A stretch of DNA of 64,000 nucleotides, from assembly GCF_018977255.1 (NCBI RefSeq), contig NW_024704743.1, positions 56,608,001 through 56,672,000 on the forward strand. The letters run 5' to 3'. The translations under genes were made by a program, and so were the position numbers. The stretch's first letter is position 1. Each line of letters begins with the position of its first letter. Below are positions 11,101 through 23,529 of the stretch, piece by piece. This stretch comes from Callorhinchus milii. Lineage: Eukaryota. The notes beneath the pieces were generated by a model. The model made no database searches, was not told the DNA's origin, and saw nothing but the letters and a program-made list of their open reading frames with translations.

Positions 11101-12704
11101 AGGAATTACGTTTCAATAGTGAACTGAATGAATTATCCTTTGTGGTGTAATACAAAACCACATAGCTTTACAATATTTTCACATGTATTTAATGTAGATC
11201 TTCATTTGAGTGCTTCAAAGAACCGTGTAATTGGCAAATATGATGAAGTATTCATTGGGAGAAGGAAGGTGAGAATGGTTCATCTGTACTTTTAAGTTCA
11301 GCAAAGAAAGAGATTCCCTGTTAAAGAGTCTGAGGATTTACTTCTGTTCTCATTGATTAAAAGGCACATAGACAGAAAAACAACTAATGTGTTAATCCTA
11401 AATACTCTGCATTTCTGCTATCTTTAATATATTCTTATATGCTATGTAACAATATTTTTTGGCAGTATACCGTCTTGCCTCAAGCACTGGTGCTTTTAAA
11501 GGATGGCAAAGTTTCAACCTTTCTCAATGGGCTAGCCAGTGTGAGAGACAACACACTTGTGCTGCCAAAAAAAAATGCTGCTATATGGCACATAAATGAG
11601 AAATTATCAGAAATAAATAAAAAAATTATCATTTTAATTTTTCATTGTTAAAAAGGACAGCTGGTGTCATTTAGCACTTTTCAGAATCAGACAGACGAGA
11701 CCACCTTGTAGCAAGCAAGAATGTTGCATTATTGCCATAACATATACCACTTTATTCCTCACTCTAATTGTGACAAACATCGAAAAGGGTAATGCAATAC
11801 ATATTTTGTTGTTGTGGAGTTTAATAGTAATAGTAACACAAAAGTTTATGGGACATTCCTGGCCCAGATTAACTACCGTGTTTGTCTTTATAACAACAAC
11901 ATTAATTTTCCTTCTGTAATCAATTGTATTTTGTAAAACATTTTGAAATGTTTATTTTGAACATGAAAGGCTATCCTCCTTGGGGGGGAAGGAGGAAAGA
12001 TAAGTGGAGTCCCCTTGGAGTTGAGCTGGCAATGTGTCGTGCTTGGCAATGGAATGTCAGAATTAAGTCAACCGTCTGTGGCGGTCTCGATCGTCTGGTT
12101 CCTGAGCCAGGCAGGTCCGCAGAACCCCAGGGCAGTGCTGATTACAGATCAGCCATCCTGGCTTATTGCTCATCCAAGAGAGTCATACCAGTTACTGGGA
12201 GTGAAATTCTTCCTACTCAGCTCAAGTTGACCATGCAAACCAAAGCCCTAACAGGTAGCTTGGTCCGAGCTGGACATGCAGTGGGAAGGTGGCCAGACAG
12301 TGCTGTCAATGAAAAGCTATGTAGTATTAGCTAGTTAAATTGCAGGAGTAGGCAAACACAATGCTTTGGCTCTCAGCAACCAGTGCCAAATACTATCCAG
12401 AATTAGGTAAGCAGATGTATCCCTCCATGAAGAGAGTCTGCATTCCATCCCAGGGACATTTCCATATTTAAATGGCATATATATGTGGAACTCTCTGTTT
12501 GGTTTGGATACTCTTAAACACAGCGATGGGTTTCCAAGTGGTTCCCTGCTGACCCAAAAAAGCATGAAAGGCATGAATTGTAAATGCAAGTTATCATTAT
12601 CTTCTTACAAATCAGTCACACTAGGTAACAGAAGTAAAGTGTTTTCCGTTGCTATATTTGTCATGGCTTTAGAACAAATAAAGTTTCACTCACTAATGTA
12701 ACAA

Positions 12705-13100
12705 CTACAATTAGCATTTTCGTAGCAACTTTCATGTAAAAGAATAGGTAAGATGCTTCACAAAATGAAAATAATTATAATGAAAAGAGCTATGTAAGTA
12801 AATACAGCAGCTAATGCGCAACATCAATGACCTGCAAATACAATGAGATGAATAACTAATTAGTAGTGTTTTTTTTAGGGTGAGTTTGGATGAGGGAGAG
12901 ATATTAGTCAGGAAGCTCCCTACTTCTCTTTGAAATAATACAACAAGATTACATTTGTATAGCGCCTTTCACGTCAGGAGGATAGCATGGAAGCATGGAT
13001 AATAGCATGGAATAATAGCAATAATAGCATGGAATCTTTTAATATCTACCTAAATCCCAAGGCAAGAGGAACATCAGTTTCATGACTCATTGTAAAATGG
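12705..13100 (-). mobile_element. Degraded Deu-type SINE containing an L2 tail fragment (about 12938-12982) and a short AATAGCATGG tandem
   Basis: ACAACAAGATTACATTTGTATAGCGCCTTTCACGTCAGGAGGA is the L2 tail; flanks match Deu SINE motifs such as GCATGGAATCTTTTAATATCTACC. Confidence 0.55.
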
Positions 13101-13379
13101 GATGGTAATAAGGAATAACTAAATACTAAACATACACACATTTAATATACCAGCTTATCATATCAAAACTGTACAGAGCATTTAACAAAAGGAATACTTT
13201 GAAGCATAATGAATCCTGTTCTGTAGAAAACTCTTCTAAAGCGTCATCTGGAGACGCATGCTGCCTGACATTTAGCTGAAGCAGATGTACTCTATTGACA
13301 CAGGCAGAGAGGAGGCTATAGAAATCCATATCACCAGCAGAACTCACCAGGGATTGAAAGGCTGACAATTGTAAAAGAT

Positions 13380-13760
13380 GGCAGCACTGGTGTAATGGAT
13401 AGAGTTGCAGCTTACAGACCGGAAGCTTGCTTGTTTAAATCCTGGTCAAGCCTTAGTTTGTCGGTCTCAGCTGGGATTTCCTGGAGAGGAATAATTGGCT
13501 CTGGCCTCCCCAGGTTTAAGGAGGGGAAAATCAGCCAGGATTCCTGTTCCTGGTCTCTCTTCAGTACCCTCTGTTGGTTATGTGTGTGGGGGCAGTTGAG
13601 TGGGGAGAGGTCAGGCTAGGAAACGATGCCCTTCACAGTCGTGTGACCTGCAGACATTCACTGCCAAAGCTCACAAGTTAATAATGGTCACTTTAATGGG
13701 ATAATAGAGAGCAACATTTGCCCTTAGAACCACTGGCCATGGAATCACATCCCAGTAAGA
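13380..13760 (+). mobile_element. Ancient tRNA-headed SINE, family unassigned
   Basis: Box A-like TGGTGTAATGG and box B-like TGTTTAAATCC, then a GC-richer body (GGGGAAAATCAGCCAGGATTCCTGTTCCTG) unlike other SINEs in the window. Confidence 0.45.
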
Positions 13761-14634
13761 AGAAGCCAGATCAGTTGCAGAGAAACATATTCCAGAGAGG
13801 AGAAAATTGGAAAAATAATTGGACTCACTAAACTTTTCAAAAGAAAAATAATAAAGATGTTCTCCGATTAATGTGTGCACAGTGTATGGAGTGGTCTGGG
13901 TGTGTGGGAGGAAGCAACATACACCTCTTGAGGTCTGACTTCCTACCTAAACTCAGCATGTAAGACCATCTTGTTTTAAAATCTAATATCAGGTGGGATT
14001 GTGGAAAATTCTTGAATTCAGCCCTAATTTAGATGCCAGTTGTTTATGAACTATCCAAAGTTGTCTTCTAAATTAGATTCAATTTAAGAATTGTCCTCAA
14101 TTTCGCACAATATTAAAATTTAAGATAAAATGATTTTACATGCTCAGACTGGGTGGAATTTCCAGCCACAATTCATGCATGACTTTCTGAGAGTGTCCTG
14201 CTTTTTTACTGTCAATTTTCTTTGACTGGCAAATGTCTCAGAAATGATTTGCTCACATGTTTGTTGTTGGGTTGCCAGGTTGCACCACAGAAATGCACCT
14301 GCCTGAAGCAACTGAAAGGCGGAGCCTGGTCTGCATTCAAGCTACCATTTGAAACTACAGGCAAATATCCTTTAAAATATCCCCTCCATCCCTGCCTCCC
14401 CCCTTTCAACCCCTCCCCCCTATTCCCCTCCCTTCCCCCCTATCTCCCCTAACCCCCCATGTTCAATGTCCACCTCAAGAGTACTTCTTTGACTGCTTTT
14501 GATCATCTTTTCCCTTGCCACCCTATTCAGCACCTACTCCTCAGCTCAGTTACCCAGCAATCAGTGTAAAGCAGTTTGAGTCATTCTCTCGATGTGAAAG
14601 GCACTGTATACATATAAATCATATTGTATTGTAT

Positions 14635-14742
14635 CATGAAAACAAAAACAGAAGTCGTTGGGAACACTCAGCAGGTCAGGCAGCATCTATGAAGAAAGGG
14701 AGGTGAGTCAACTTTTCGGGTCCACGATTCTTCGTCAGAATG
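14635..14742 (-). mobile_element. Penelope-like terminal-repeat fragment with a decayed hammerhead core
   Basis: Plus strand AAACAGAAGTCGTTGGGAACACTCAGCAGGTCAGGCAGCATC, with a homologue in reverse at about 51018-51060; minus strand CTGACGA-AGAATCGTGGACCC-GAAA. Confidence 0.55.
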
Positions 14743-14769
14743 AAGTAGGCGAAATGAAGAACTTTAATG

Positions 14770-15431
14770 AAGTTCGACCCCCAGCTCTCCTTCCGCCCCC
14801 ACATCCGGTCCCTCACCAGGACAGCCTTCTTCCACCTCCGCCTCATTGAAACCCTCGTGTATGCGTTTGTTACCTCCCGCTTGGATTACTCCAACGCACT
14901 CCATGCCAGTCTCCTCAGCTCCACCATTCACCAGATCCAGCTCATTCAAAAGTCTGTCACCCACATACTGACCCGGACCAAACTCCATACCCACATCTCA
15001 CCAGTTCTGGCCAGGCTCCACTGGCTACCCATCACCAAACAGATCGACTTCAAGATCCTCACACTCGTATTCAAATCCATTTACTCCTTGGCACCACCCT
15101 CCCTCTCTGACCTCCTCACTCCCCAATCCACCACCCGGGACCTCCGCTTGACTGGCACCAGCTTCCTGCTCATCCCTCGCATCCTCTGCCTCACCATCGG
15201 ATCGCACTTTCAGCCACTAGGCCCCCAAATTCTGGAACGCTCTCGCTCAATCCCTCTGCCTTGCCTCCTCTCTCCCCTCTTTCAAGTCCCTCCTGAAAAC
15301 TTTCCTCTTCGACAATGCTTAATGGCCACCTCCCCCCTCCCCCCAGCTCGGAGTCAGCTCCACCACTGTTAAACGCTCTGATATGCTACCCTGCGTGGAG
15401 GGTGCTATATAAGTGCAAGTTGTTGTTGTTA
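14770..15431 (+). mobile_element. 5'-truncated L2 LINE (family B tail)
   Basis: ORF FDPQLSFRPHIR...FVTSRLDYSNAL...LHWLP; tail GATATGCTACCCTGCGTGGAGGGTGCTATATAAGTGCAAG(TTG)n. Confidence 0.9.
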
Positions 15432-17030
15432 TCTACAATTACACAGCCATTAAGCATAAATACTGTGAAGTGCGTTGAGATGTTTCAATGCTTCAACACT
15501 GTATCAATTCAGAGGACTTTTCAAATTTATTTTAAGCCTATGAACACTATTATTGTAAGAGATCCATTATAGTCAGGATTTGTTTACCAATGATTGATTT
15601 GTGTTCATTAAAGTTAGTAATGTCTACTTACAATTAGCAAATCTTAGCAGTGTCAAGCAGTTGCAGGTTACATATAATACAAGAGAACTGAAGAGTTCTC
15701 TGAACCAATTTTTCTGAACTCCATTGTTCCTCAATTTCTATCTTAGAGGAGCACCTCTTACCCATACATCCTTGATGCTTTCATTCTTCAAAACCAGCAT
15801 TTTTCTGGTATTGTAAAGTATTCTTAATGTGGTGTTCCCCTGAGCACTAGGAATTTTGTTGACAACAAAAACAATTTCGCCCACAAAATATACAGTCAAT
15901 TAATTTTACAGTATATTCTGTGAAACGCTTTGAGACACCTCAACAACGTGATAAGGCGCTATATCAAAATGCAAAGATTATTAGGATTAATTTGCATTTA
16001 CATGTTCTTCTTATATAAATCTAGATTGAGCCGATTCTAGCCTAGCTCATTTTATCTAAGATTTATCTAGCTAACTGAGAGGCTTTTGTTGCATTAGCCA
16101 GTGGGTTAGATTTGAATAATTGTTTGAGGACAAAAAATTATTTGACACTATGATGGGAGGATGCTTGGGTGATTATTCTGGAAGGGTGAAATCAAATGAG
16201 CCAGAGTCTTCTTTATCCAAACCTCTCTTGTGATTTGTGTGATATGTCCCTACACCATTCAGGGGAGTTTCTAAATGTAATAATGAATCATATGATTTCA
16301 GCAGCAAAACAACATTGCAAATAGTTTGTGCACTTCCCATTTTAACCCCATTATGGTACGTACCAAATAATTAAACGCTGTTAAAAGAGTTTTACATATG
16401 TTGTTTTTTGGCATTGAAATGGATTTAGTTTTGAGTAGAATATTTATAGTAATTTCGTCATCTCCCAAGAGGGGGTTAGATGTCAAAATGATCTATCGTA
16501 TTCCCCCATGATAGCAGAATACAAAGCCATCGAGATGTTACCTAAATTAAGAACAAATGTGGGACCTGAGGTCCTGTCATGCATATATAGTACCAGGGCA
16601 TCAAAATACTCTCAAAGAAGATAATGCTTTGGGAATGTGGCAATTTGCAACCAATCAGCAGTAAGAATAGGGAATAAGAATTTAAACAAAATAAAACAAC
16701 AATAAACAAACGTTAACTAAAGATTTTGGTGTTTTTCTAATGTACATTTCTAAGTTCAGGTGCTATTCTGGTTTGATGTCCACCAAATTTGTCTCTATTT
16801 TTGTTTGTCATGGCAAGAAAAGAGAACTTATAGATTTCTACCACAGATGTGTTCAATACTCTCGAGAGAAATTATACCTTTTACATCACACACCAGTGGG
16901 AGATTGAAGCTAAAACATAAGGTTAATTATAAACTGAATGACAAAACATAAGCACTGGTTCTTTCAGTTCTGAACCTCTGTAGCATTTCATTCATCTTTG
17001 GCTTAGAATAATTTCATTGTGTTTTCTTTC

Positions 17031-17347
17031 GTGGAGTCCTGTAGCTCAGTGGTTAGAGCACTCGCTTTGCAAGCGAGAAACCTGAGTTCAATTCCAGGCA
17101 GGGCGAAACCTTGGGCAAGTTTCCTAACTCCACACACCTAATAATAATCCCTCAAAAAAAAAACAATAATAAATTGGTCATTTTTAATCTACGACTGTTT
17201 GTGGGACACTGCTGTGCGCAATTGGCTGCCGCGTTCGCTCACAAATATACAGTCAATTCACTTTACAGTGTGTTCTGTGAAGCGCTTTGGGACGTCCTTC
17301 CGACGTGAAAAGCGCTATATCAAATGCAAGGATTATTATTATTATTA
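17031..17347 (+). mobile_element. tRNA-Ala-derived SINE, short subfamily, full length
   Basis: Box A TAGCTCAGTGG, anticodon arm CTCGCTT-TGC-AAGCGAG, box B GAGTTCAATTCC, L2-like 3' stem-loop, (TTA)n tail; four close paralogs in the window. Confidence 0.95.
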
Positions 17348-17534
17348 CAGTGAATGCAGCAGAACTATCTTGAACAGTAGAATGCTCCAGTTTCTGGATC
17401 TTACAATGTTGCTGAAAAGTGTAGAATTCCATATTTCTAATACTAGCTAGTGACAGCATGGAGTTAACTAGTAGATTTCTGGATTGTCTCTCCAATGTTC
17501 AAACAATAGTCCTCAATCCACACTTTATAATCAA

Positions 17535-18020
17535 ATAAATCATTCTTGCACTTGATATAGCACCTTTCATATCAGGAGGATACCTCAAAGCTCTTCACAG
17601 GATTTACTGTAACGTGTATTACAGATGAATGCAACAACCAATTTGTGCACAGCAATATCCCACAACAGTCATAAAATGAATGAGCAATTTTATTTGGGGG
17701 ATTGTTGGTCAACACCACAAGGAGAAACTCCCTTCTCTTTTCTCTTTTCAAGCAGTGGCATGGGAGATAGTGCCTCGGTTTATTATAAAATAATAATAAT
17801 CCTTGCATTTGATATAGTGTGTTTTTATGTCATCAAGACATCTCAAAGCGCTTGATAAGAGCTTACTGTGAAGTTAGTACCTGTATTTGTTGGTGAAGGT
17901 AGGGTAACATCCCATCTGAAGGATGGCACCTCCACCAATGTAGTATCCCCACCACATTGTACTGTCTTGAATCCACAACCTTCTGACCCAGAGGTGAGTG
18001 TCCTACCAATTGAGTCAGGC
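17535..18020 (-). mobile_element. Deu-domain SINE interrupted by a SINE 3' fragment (about 17783-17905)
   Basis: The Deu motif GCCTCGGTTTA|ACATCCCATCTGAAGGATGGCACCTCC is split by a second TAATAATCCTTGCATTTGATATAG tail. Confidence 0.7.
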
Positions 18021-20204
18021 AGATACTTTAGAAGAGAACCCCATTTCCTTGCTGTACCTTATAATGTGATATCTTTGTTCCTCCTTCTCTGAAATCCAGA
18101 CCTCTTACAATTAAAATAATGCAGAAGTCAAATTGAGCATTGAATTCAGCTTAACGTTCTGCTGTCAATATATTTCCTTTGCAGAGCATGCTAAACCACC
18201 TAAACTGTTTATTTGCGCTTGTTTAACAATCATGTGGGAATGAAGGCCATCATCTTTTTGCTTCTGGTCAAATTTAGACAGGTCTCCAAGGGATAAGTGT
18301 TTGTTTTGATCACTTTTGGATTGCTGAAGAACTGATGAATTTTAGTAATGTTACACTTGAGTGTGCTTTACACCCCACACAGATGAAATATTACATTAGT
18401 TTTCTCCTTTTTCTGCAAATATTTTAATGCATATAATCATGACAATTACACTGGCGCAGTAAACCCGTCAAGCTAATATTTATTTTGTATCATAATCTAT
18501 TTATTATCATACAATTGAAAAAAATCAAACCAATCTGTGTACTGTGCGCTACTTATGTCATAATGGAGCCCCATTTGATAATATTCTTCTAGGTTAAAGC
18601 ACCTCAGCTATTCACATTTATTGTGCAAATGCATCTAATTATTTTGTCAGCTCATCTAGATGTGAATTATTCTATCATTAGCACATGACCCCAGTTTCAG
18701 AAAATTAAGTTAATATTTTAATCCCTTCACACCTGTTTTGCAGCATGTTTCAAACACTCTTTCTTGCTTCTTCTATTTTAAGCACTAATATGGTATCCAT
18801 TTTATTCAGATTTTCCTTACATTTAATTGTGCTTTCACCCATTCTCACTGTTTCTTTAAAGCTAAATTAATGGTGCTAAATGGGTCTGGTACACACAGAG
18901 CAATATTAAGAAGCTTCCACTGTTGCACCTTCCTCACAGTGTCCTAAATGTTGTTTGTATAGAAGCAGAAGTTTGCAACAAACCCAATTAAAAATAAAAA
19001 GAGTCTATCATGAGAAAAATAATGCATCTCATTTGCAAAAATAATGCTCTTTGATGTGATAATGAATCGCTGCTAATCATGTTTTGATTTTTGCCTAAAT
19101 CTACAGATCATAATGAGATTTTTAAAGTACAGCATTTTAAAGGCTAATTGCGTAATTCATAAAGAAAAAAGAAGTCACTGTCATTCCCTACAGCATAACC
19201 TTAGCATACAGTCTCTAGTGTTTTTTTCTTGTGCAAAAAATGAAACAAATTGCTAATTTATTCACAGCTGTTGTTTTTTTTTCCATCCCCAACTACAAAT
19301 GCAACAAAGAATAAACTTATTAGAAATTAAATCATTTTTAGTCCATAACTTTCATTGCTGCATAAAAGATTTTGTTTAGTGGATGCATATTTTCAGGGTT
19401 ATGAAACATACAAGATATGTTTGTATGTTTGCATTTGAGGGTTTAGAGTATGACTTGATGTGGGACAAAGAGGAAGTTATAGCAAGTAAATCAAAGGAAC
19501 GAGTAAAAGCAAGTACGTTTAGATTTGACTGTTTTGCAGATGAAGATGGCAAAGAGTGATACTAGGACCAGAGACCCAGCAAGTTCACTCCCAGAGAATT
19601 CTACCCACTTCAACTCCTGCAGAGTACATCTTCCTTGCACATCTGTACATATCATAGCTGTGTACCCTGATGATACTGACAGAGAATGCACAATGTTGAT
19701 GGAAGCTCTGGTCACAGCAAAACTTTACATGATTTATTGAGATTAAAAAAATGTTTATGTTTGTGAATTTGTGGAGTTGTGCATCAGGTACATTGAACAA
19801 TGCTCTGGGTGAGGAATTTCAGTGACATTAAAAATAATTGAGATACATAATTTCTATGACCTACTTCCCTCTATGTGTACTGTACAAAATATGCCAACAT
19901 CGCTAACTTTTCTAAACAATTACTGCTATTTAAACCTAGATTTAGAGTAATAATTCACCCACAAAATACACATGGTCACACCATTTTACATGTATATCCT
20001 ATGTGACATTTTGACATTTTGATAAGGCACTATATCAAATGCAAGAATCATTATTATATTATATAACATACAATGCATAACAAATATTTTTAATACATTT
20101 TACAGTATCTTAGTTAGTTTTTGAAACTCCAACCATATTAACATCTGATGGATATAAATCACAAAAGGTGAGTTTACCTGAGTTCATAAAAGTTTAATAA
20201 ACCA

Positions 20205-20500
20205 GTAATAAATAATCCTTGCATTTGGTATATTGCCTTATCACATTGGAAGGATGTCCGAAAGCTCTTCATAGGAACTCCTGTGAAATGGAGAGACTGT
20301 GTATTGTAGAGAAATGTGGCAGCACAATTGCTTACAGCAACGTCCCCACAAACAGCCATGAAACAAGTGACCAATTTTATTTATGGGATTGTTGGTCAGG
20401 AAACCGGGAGAGATACTCTTCTCTTTTTGAATACTGTAAACATCTTTAACATCCACCTGAACATGCAAATGTGACTTTGGTTTAATATCTCATCCAAAGA
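20205..20500 (-). mobile_element. Deu-domain SINE, 5'-truncated
   Basis: SINE tail plus CATCTTTAACATCCACCTGAAC and TTGGTTTAATATCTCATCCAAAGA. Confidence 0.75.
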
Positions 20501-22524
20501 ATGGTAGTAAAAGTAATAAACAGAAGAATTATATGGAATGCACTTGAGGGTATTAGTTAGTGAATACTCCATTTGAGTGCTGTTAAGCTGGTAGATTTTG
20601 GGTATCAGCTTCATCTCTGAAAACTTGTCATTCAACTATTTACATAATAATTGGGAGTCAACAGATTTCACACTGCAAGAAAGATTCAGTCACCTTTCCA
20701 AATACTAATATTCTGGAGTCTGGAATCCATGTAAATTTTTAGAGGGAATTAGATGAATATCTAAAATTTTAAAAGGGTCAAACAATATTCAGAAGAGTGG
20801 GACTAAACAATTAGCTCTTTCAGAGAACCAGCAAATGTATGATGGGCTGGGTTGCTTCCTTCTTTGCTGTAAATATCTATTGTTCTATGTTTTTGTTGGC
20901 GGGGAAGACAACTTAATGTGCATGCAATATAAATAGGTTCATGTTGCAAGTAGATGTGCTTTTAAAGAGAGAAGGGATTGAGAAATATGGTGAAAAAGCA
21001 AGTATGTAGAACTGGAATGAAATAAAATGGAACAAGTTTGTTGATCCTAAATCAGATGGTCTGCTCCTAAAATGATGTTCTTATGATGTTTTTCTTACGT
21101 TTACCTGTTTCAGTGTATAACATACTTAAAGAAGATTCTAACCTTGTACATGCTAACAAACCCTTTCACTGTGTTTTGAAATTATTCAGATTGGCCTGAC
21201 TCCAGAAGGATCTTTTTACTATATGCTTCCAACTTTTCCAATTGTTCAGCTACTCTCAACGAAGTTGGATCAGGATGCCTGCACAAGGCCCTTGATTTTA
21301 GTATATGTTCTGGACAAGGTCAAGGACATTGACAAGGTCATTCTGCTTTGATATCATCAGTAGGTAATGTGGTGCTGACTCATGTTTTATTTTGCAGGAT
21401 TCTCTTAAAGAGCAAAAGTTCCAATTTGGTCTAGGTTGATTCTATTTTCTCAGCTTTCCAAAGCATCCATAATTTGGCAAACTCTTGAATTCAGTCTTAA
21501 TTTTGAAACTGAATTTCTGTCAGTTCGTTTAAGCACTATAGATAGCCAACTTCAAAGTCAATATAAAAATTCAACATTTTGCCACATTCTGGACGCTTTC
21601 AATAGAATTACGTAAATCTAGACCCAAGTGGAATTTTCCCCTTATGTCTATTAACATCCTCACAACCAAGACAGATCTACCAAAAGAGACGAGGAGGATA
21701 GCTTAGAAATTATGTTGATTCTATTAATTAACAGTACATTACAATGGGAAGATTAGTTCCATACTTCATAAATTATGTATTGTTTTGAAGATAGCTAATT
21801 ATGGGCAAATTGTACTCCAGTTGTGCCACCATTACTGCCATGAAGTGTGGTGATAACCCTATTTAGCATTGTTCAAATAAATTATGAAAACTGTTTTGAT
21901 TTTGCATAAATTTATTAAAACAAAATTTCCCACATGCGTGCCTGAGTTCGACCAAGTCATTTGGAAAGGCACCAAGGAAACATATTTCAGCTGGGTGTCT
22001 GACGCATGCGAGAACCTATCACCATGCCTAAGAATATCCAAATCAAACTGAGAATTCCATACATCCCACCTATAAATGGAAATTCCAGAGATGTTTATAT
22101 GAATGGAATGCGCACTCGCTCCCTGGAGGGATACATTCTGCTTACCTAATTCCAGAAAGTATTAGGCACAGGTTGGCAAGAGCCAAGGCTTGGGGACCCC
22201 AGATGTGTGTTGTATTACTGCTGGAGTCCAATCAGCTAAATTTGCAGTTTGCCATTGAAAACAGTACCTGGAAGTACATTGTGCCAACTTGTGAAAACTC
22301 ACTCCAATGTAATGTATGCTCAGAGTAGAGATCCTATGAGTCAAGGTGGCACCTCGTGTGACACTTGCTGATCGTTTTAAAGTGACCTCATTTGGTTTTT
22401 CTAATTGAGGAATCTTGTTTGAGATTTCAGACACTATATTGGCTGACAGTCAGCAAGCCCTAAAGTTGTTTTTGAATCCTAAAGGCAGTACATAAATGTT
22501 GCTTCATATGATGCAATATGTTTT

Positions 22525-22790
22525 ACTTTACATAGCGCCTTTCACACAGGCTGCACATCTCAAAGTGCTTGACACATCCGAGCCCCAGCTGGGAGCTGAT
22601 GTAGAAGGGAGGGGAAAGATGAATGAAAGCATGGTCAAAAAGGTACGTTTTAAGATGGGCTTGGAATAAGCATAAGGATTCAGTGAGCCAGAGAGACTCT
22701 GGGGTGGAGTACCAGAAAATGGAGGAAGAATGGCTGAAAGCCTACCTGTGGATGGTGGGGCAGATAGGACCAGTGACATGAAGCAGGATA
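22525..22790 (-). mobile_element. Old L2 3' fragment
   Basis: TTTACATAGCGCCTTTCACACAGG tail; ORF remnant resembling the L2 C-terminus and 3' UTR. Confidence 0.65.
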
Positions 22791-23529
22791 CTGACTAAGT
22801 AACCTTTACATTTGTAATAGCATCTTTCATGTTGGAAGGATACCTCAAAACACTTCATGTAAGATATTGTAAATATTTTAGTGTAAAATAATATTGTAGT
22901 GTAAAAAATATAGTGATTATGTGTTTTGCGGGTGAATATCTAAACATCACTCAAACCCCCATCTCTATGATTGGGAATCATAAAAGAATAGAGATATCTT
23001 TGCACAATTATGCTGGTAGAAGAAGCGAGAACGGGAATAAAAGAGGACAGCTTCTTTTAGTTTAATAATATGTAGATCTGATTTACAGTGTTTCTTAACA
23101 GAGCACCTTTCAAAATGAATCCAATTAGAATAACCAGGCTGAGAGTTCTACACATTTGCCACCAGTGCATTGAAAATTCTCTGGAAGGACACACCCTAAT
23201 GCTAGAAAGCAGTTGACACAGTTTGACAAGTACAAGATCTCATTGCACTGTTCAAAGGGGGTTTCTCCTGCTGTTCGAGCCAATAATCTCCCAGGTAAAA
23301 TTGATCATTTATTTCATGGCTGTTTTGTGAGACATTGTTGTGCGTAAATTGATTATCGTGTTAGAATACAAAATTCACAGGCTCTATAATTTACAATAAA
23401 ATACGTAAAGCACTTTTACATGTTTCGATGACATGATAAATATTATACAGCATGCAAGAATTATTATTATAATAATTAATTTTATTATTTACTCCAACTT
23501 CTTTCTTGAAGTCTATGACATATCAAATA

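Noticed and set aside
12980..13035. Short tandem repeats (also 45678-45732, 56362-56412, 57975-58011) as a CRISPR-like or functional array
   Set aside because: Two to four adjacent units without unique spacers; ordinary slippage duplications.
16354..16365. 12-bp palindrome TGGTACGTACCA (and an 8-bp stem at 15682-15701)
   Set aside because: Expected by chance in 64 kb; no supporting context.
17033..17106. tRNA-Ala(TGC) gene
   Set aside because: The anticodon arm and A/B boxes are present, but the acceptor stem is imperfect and it runs straight into SINE body sequence in every copy; it is a SINE head.
19525..19740. Possible exon after TTTTGCAG (71-aa ORF)
   Set aside because: No recognisable protein similarity, weak polypyrimidine tract, and no partner exon.
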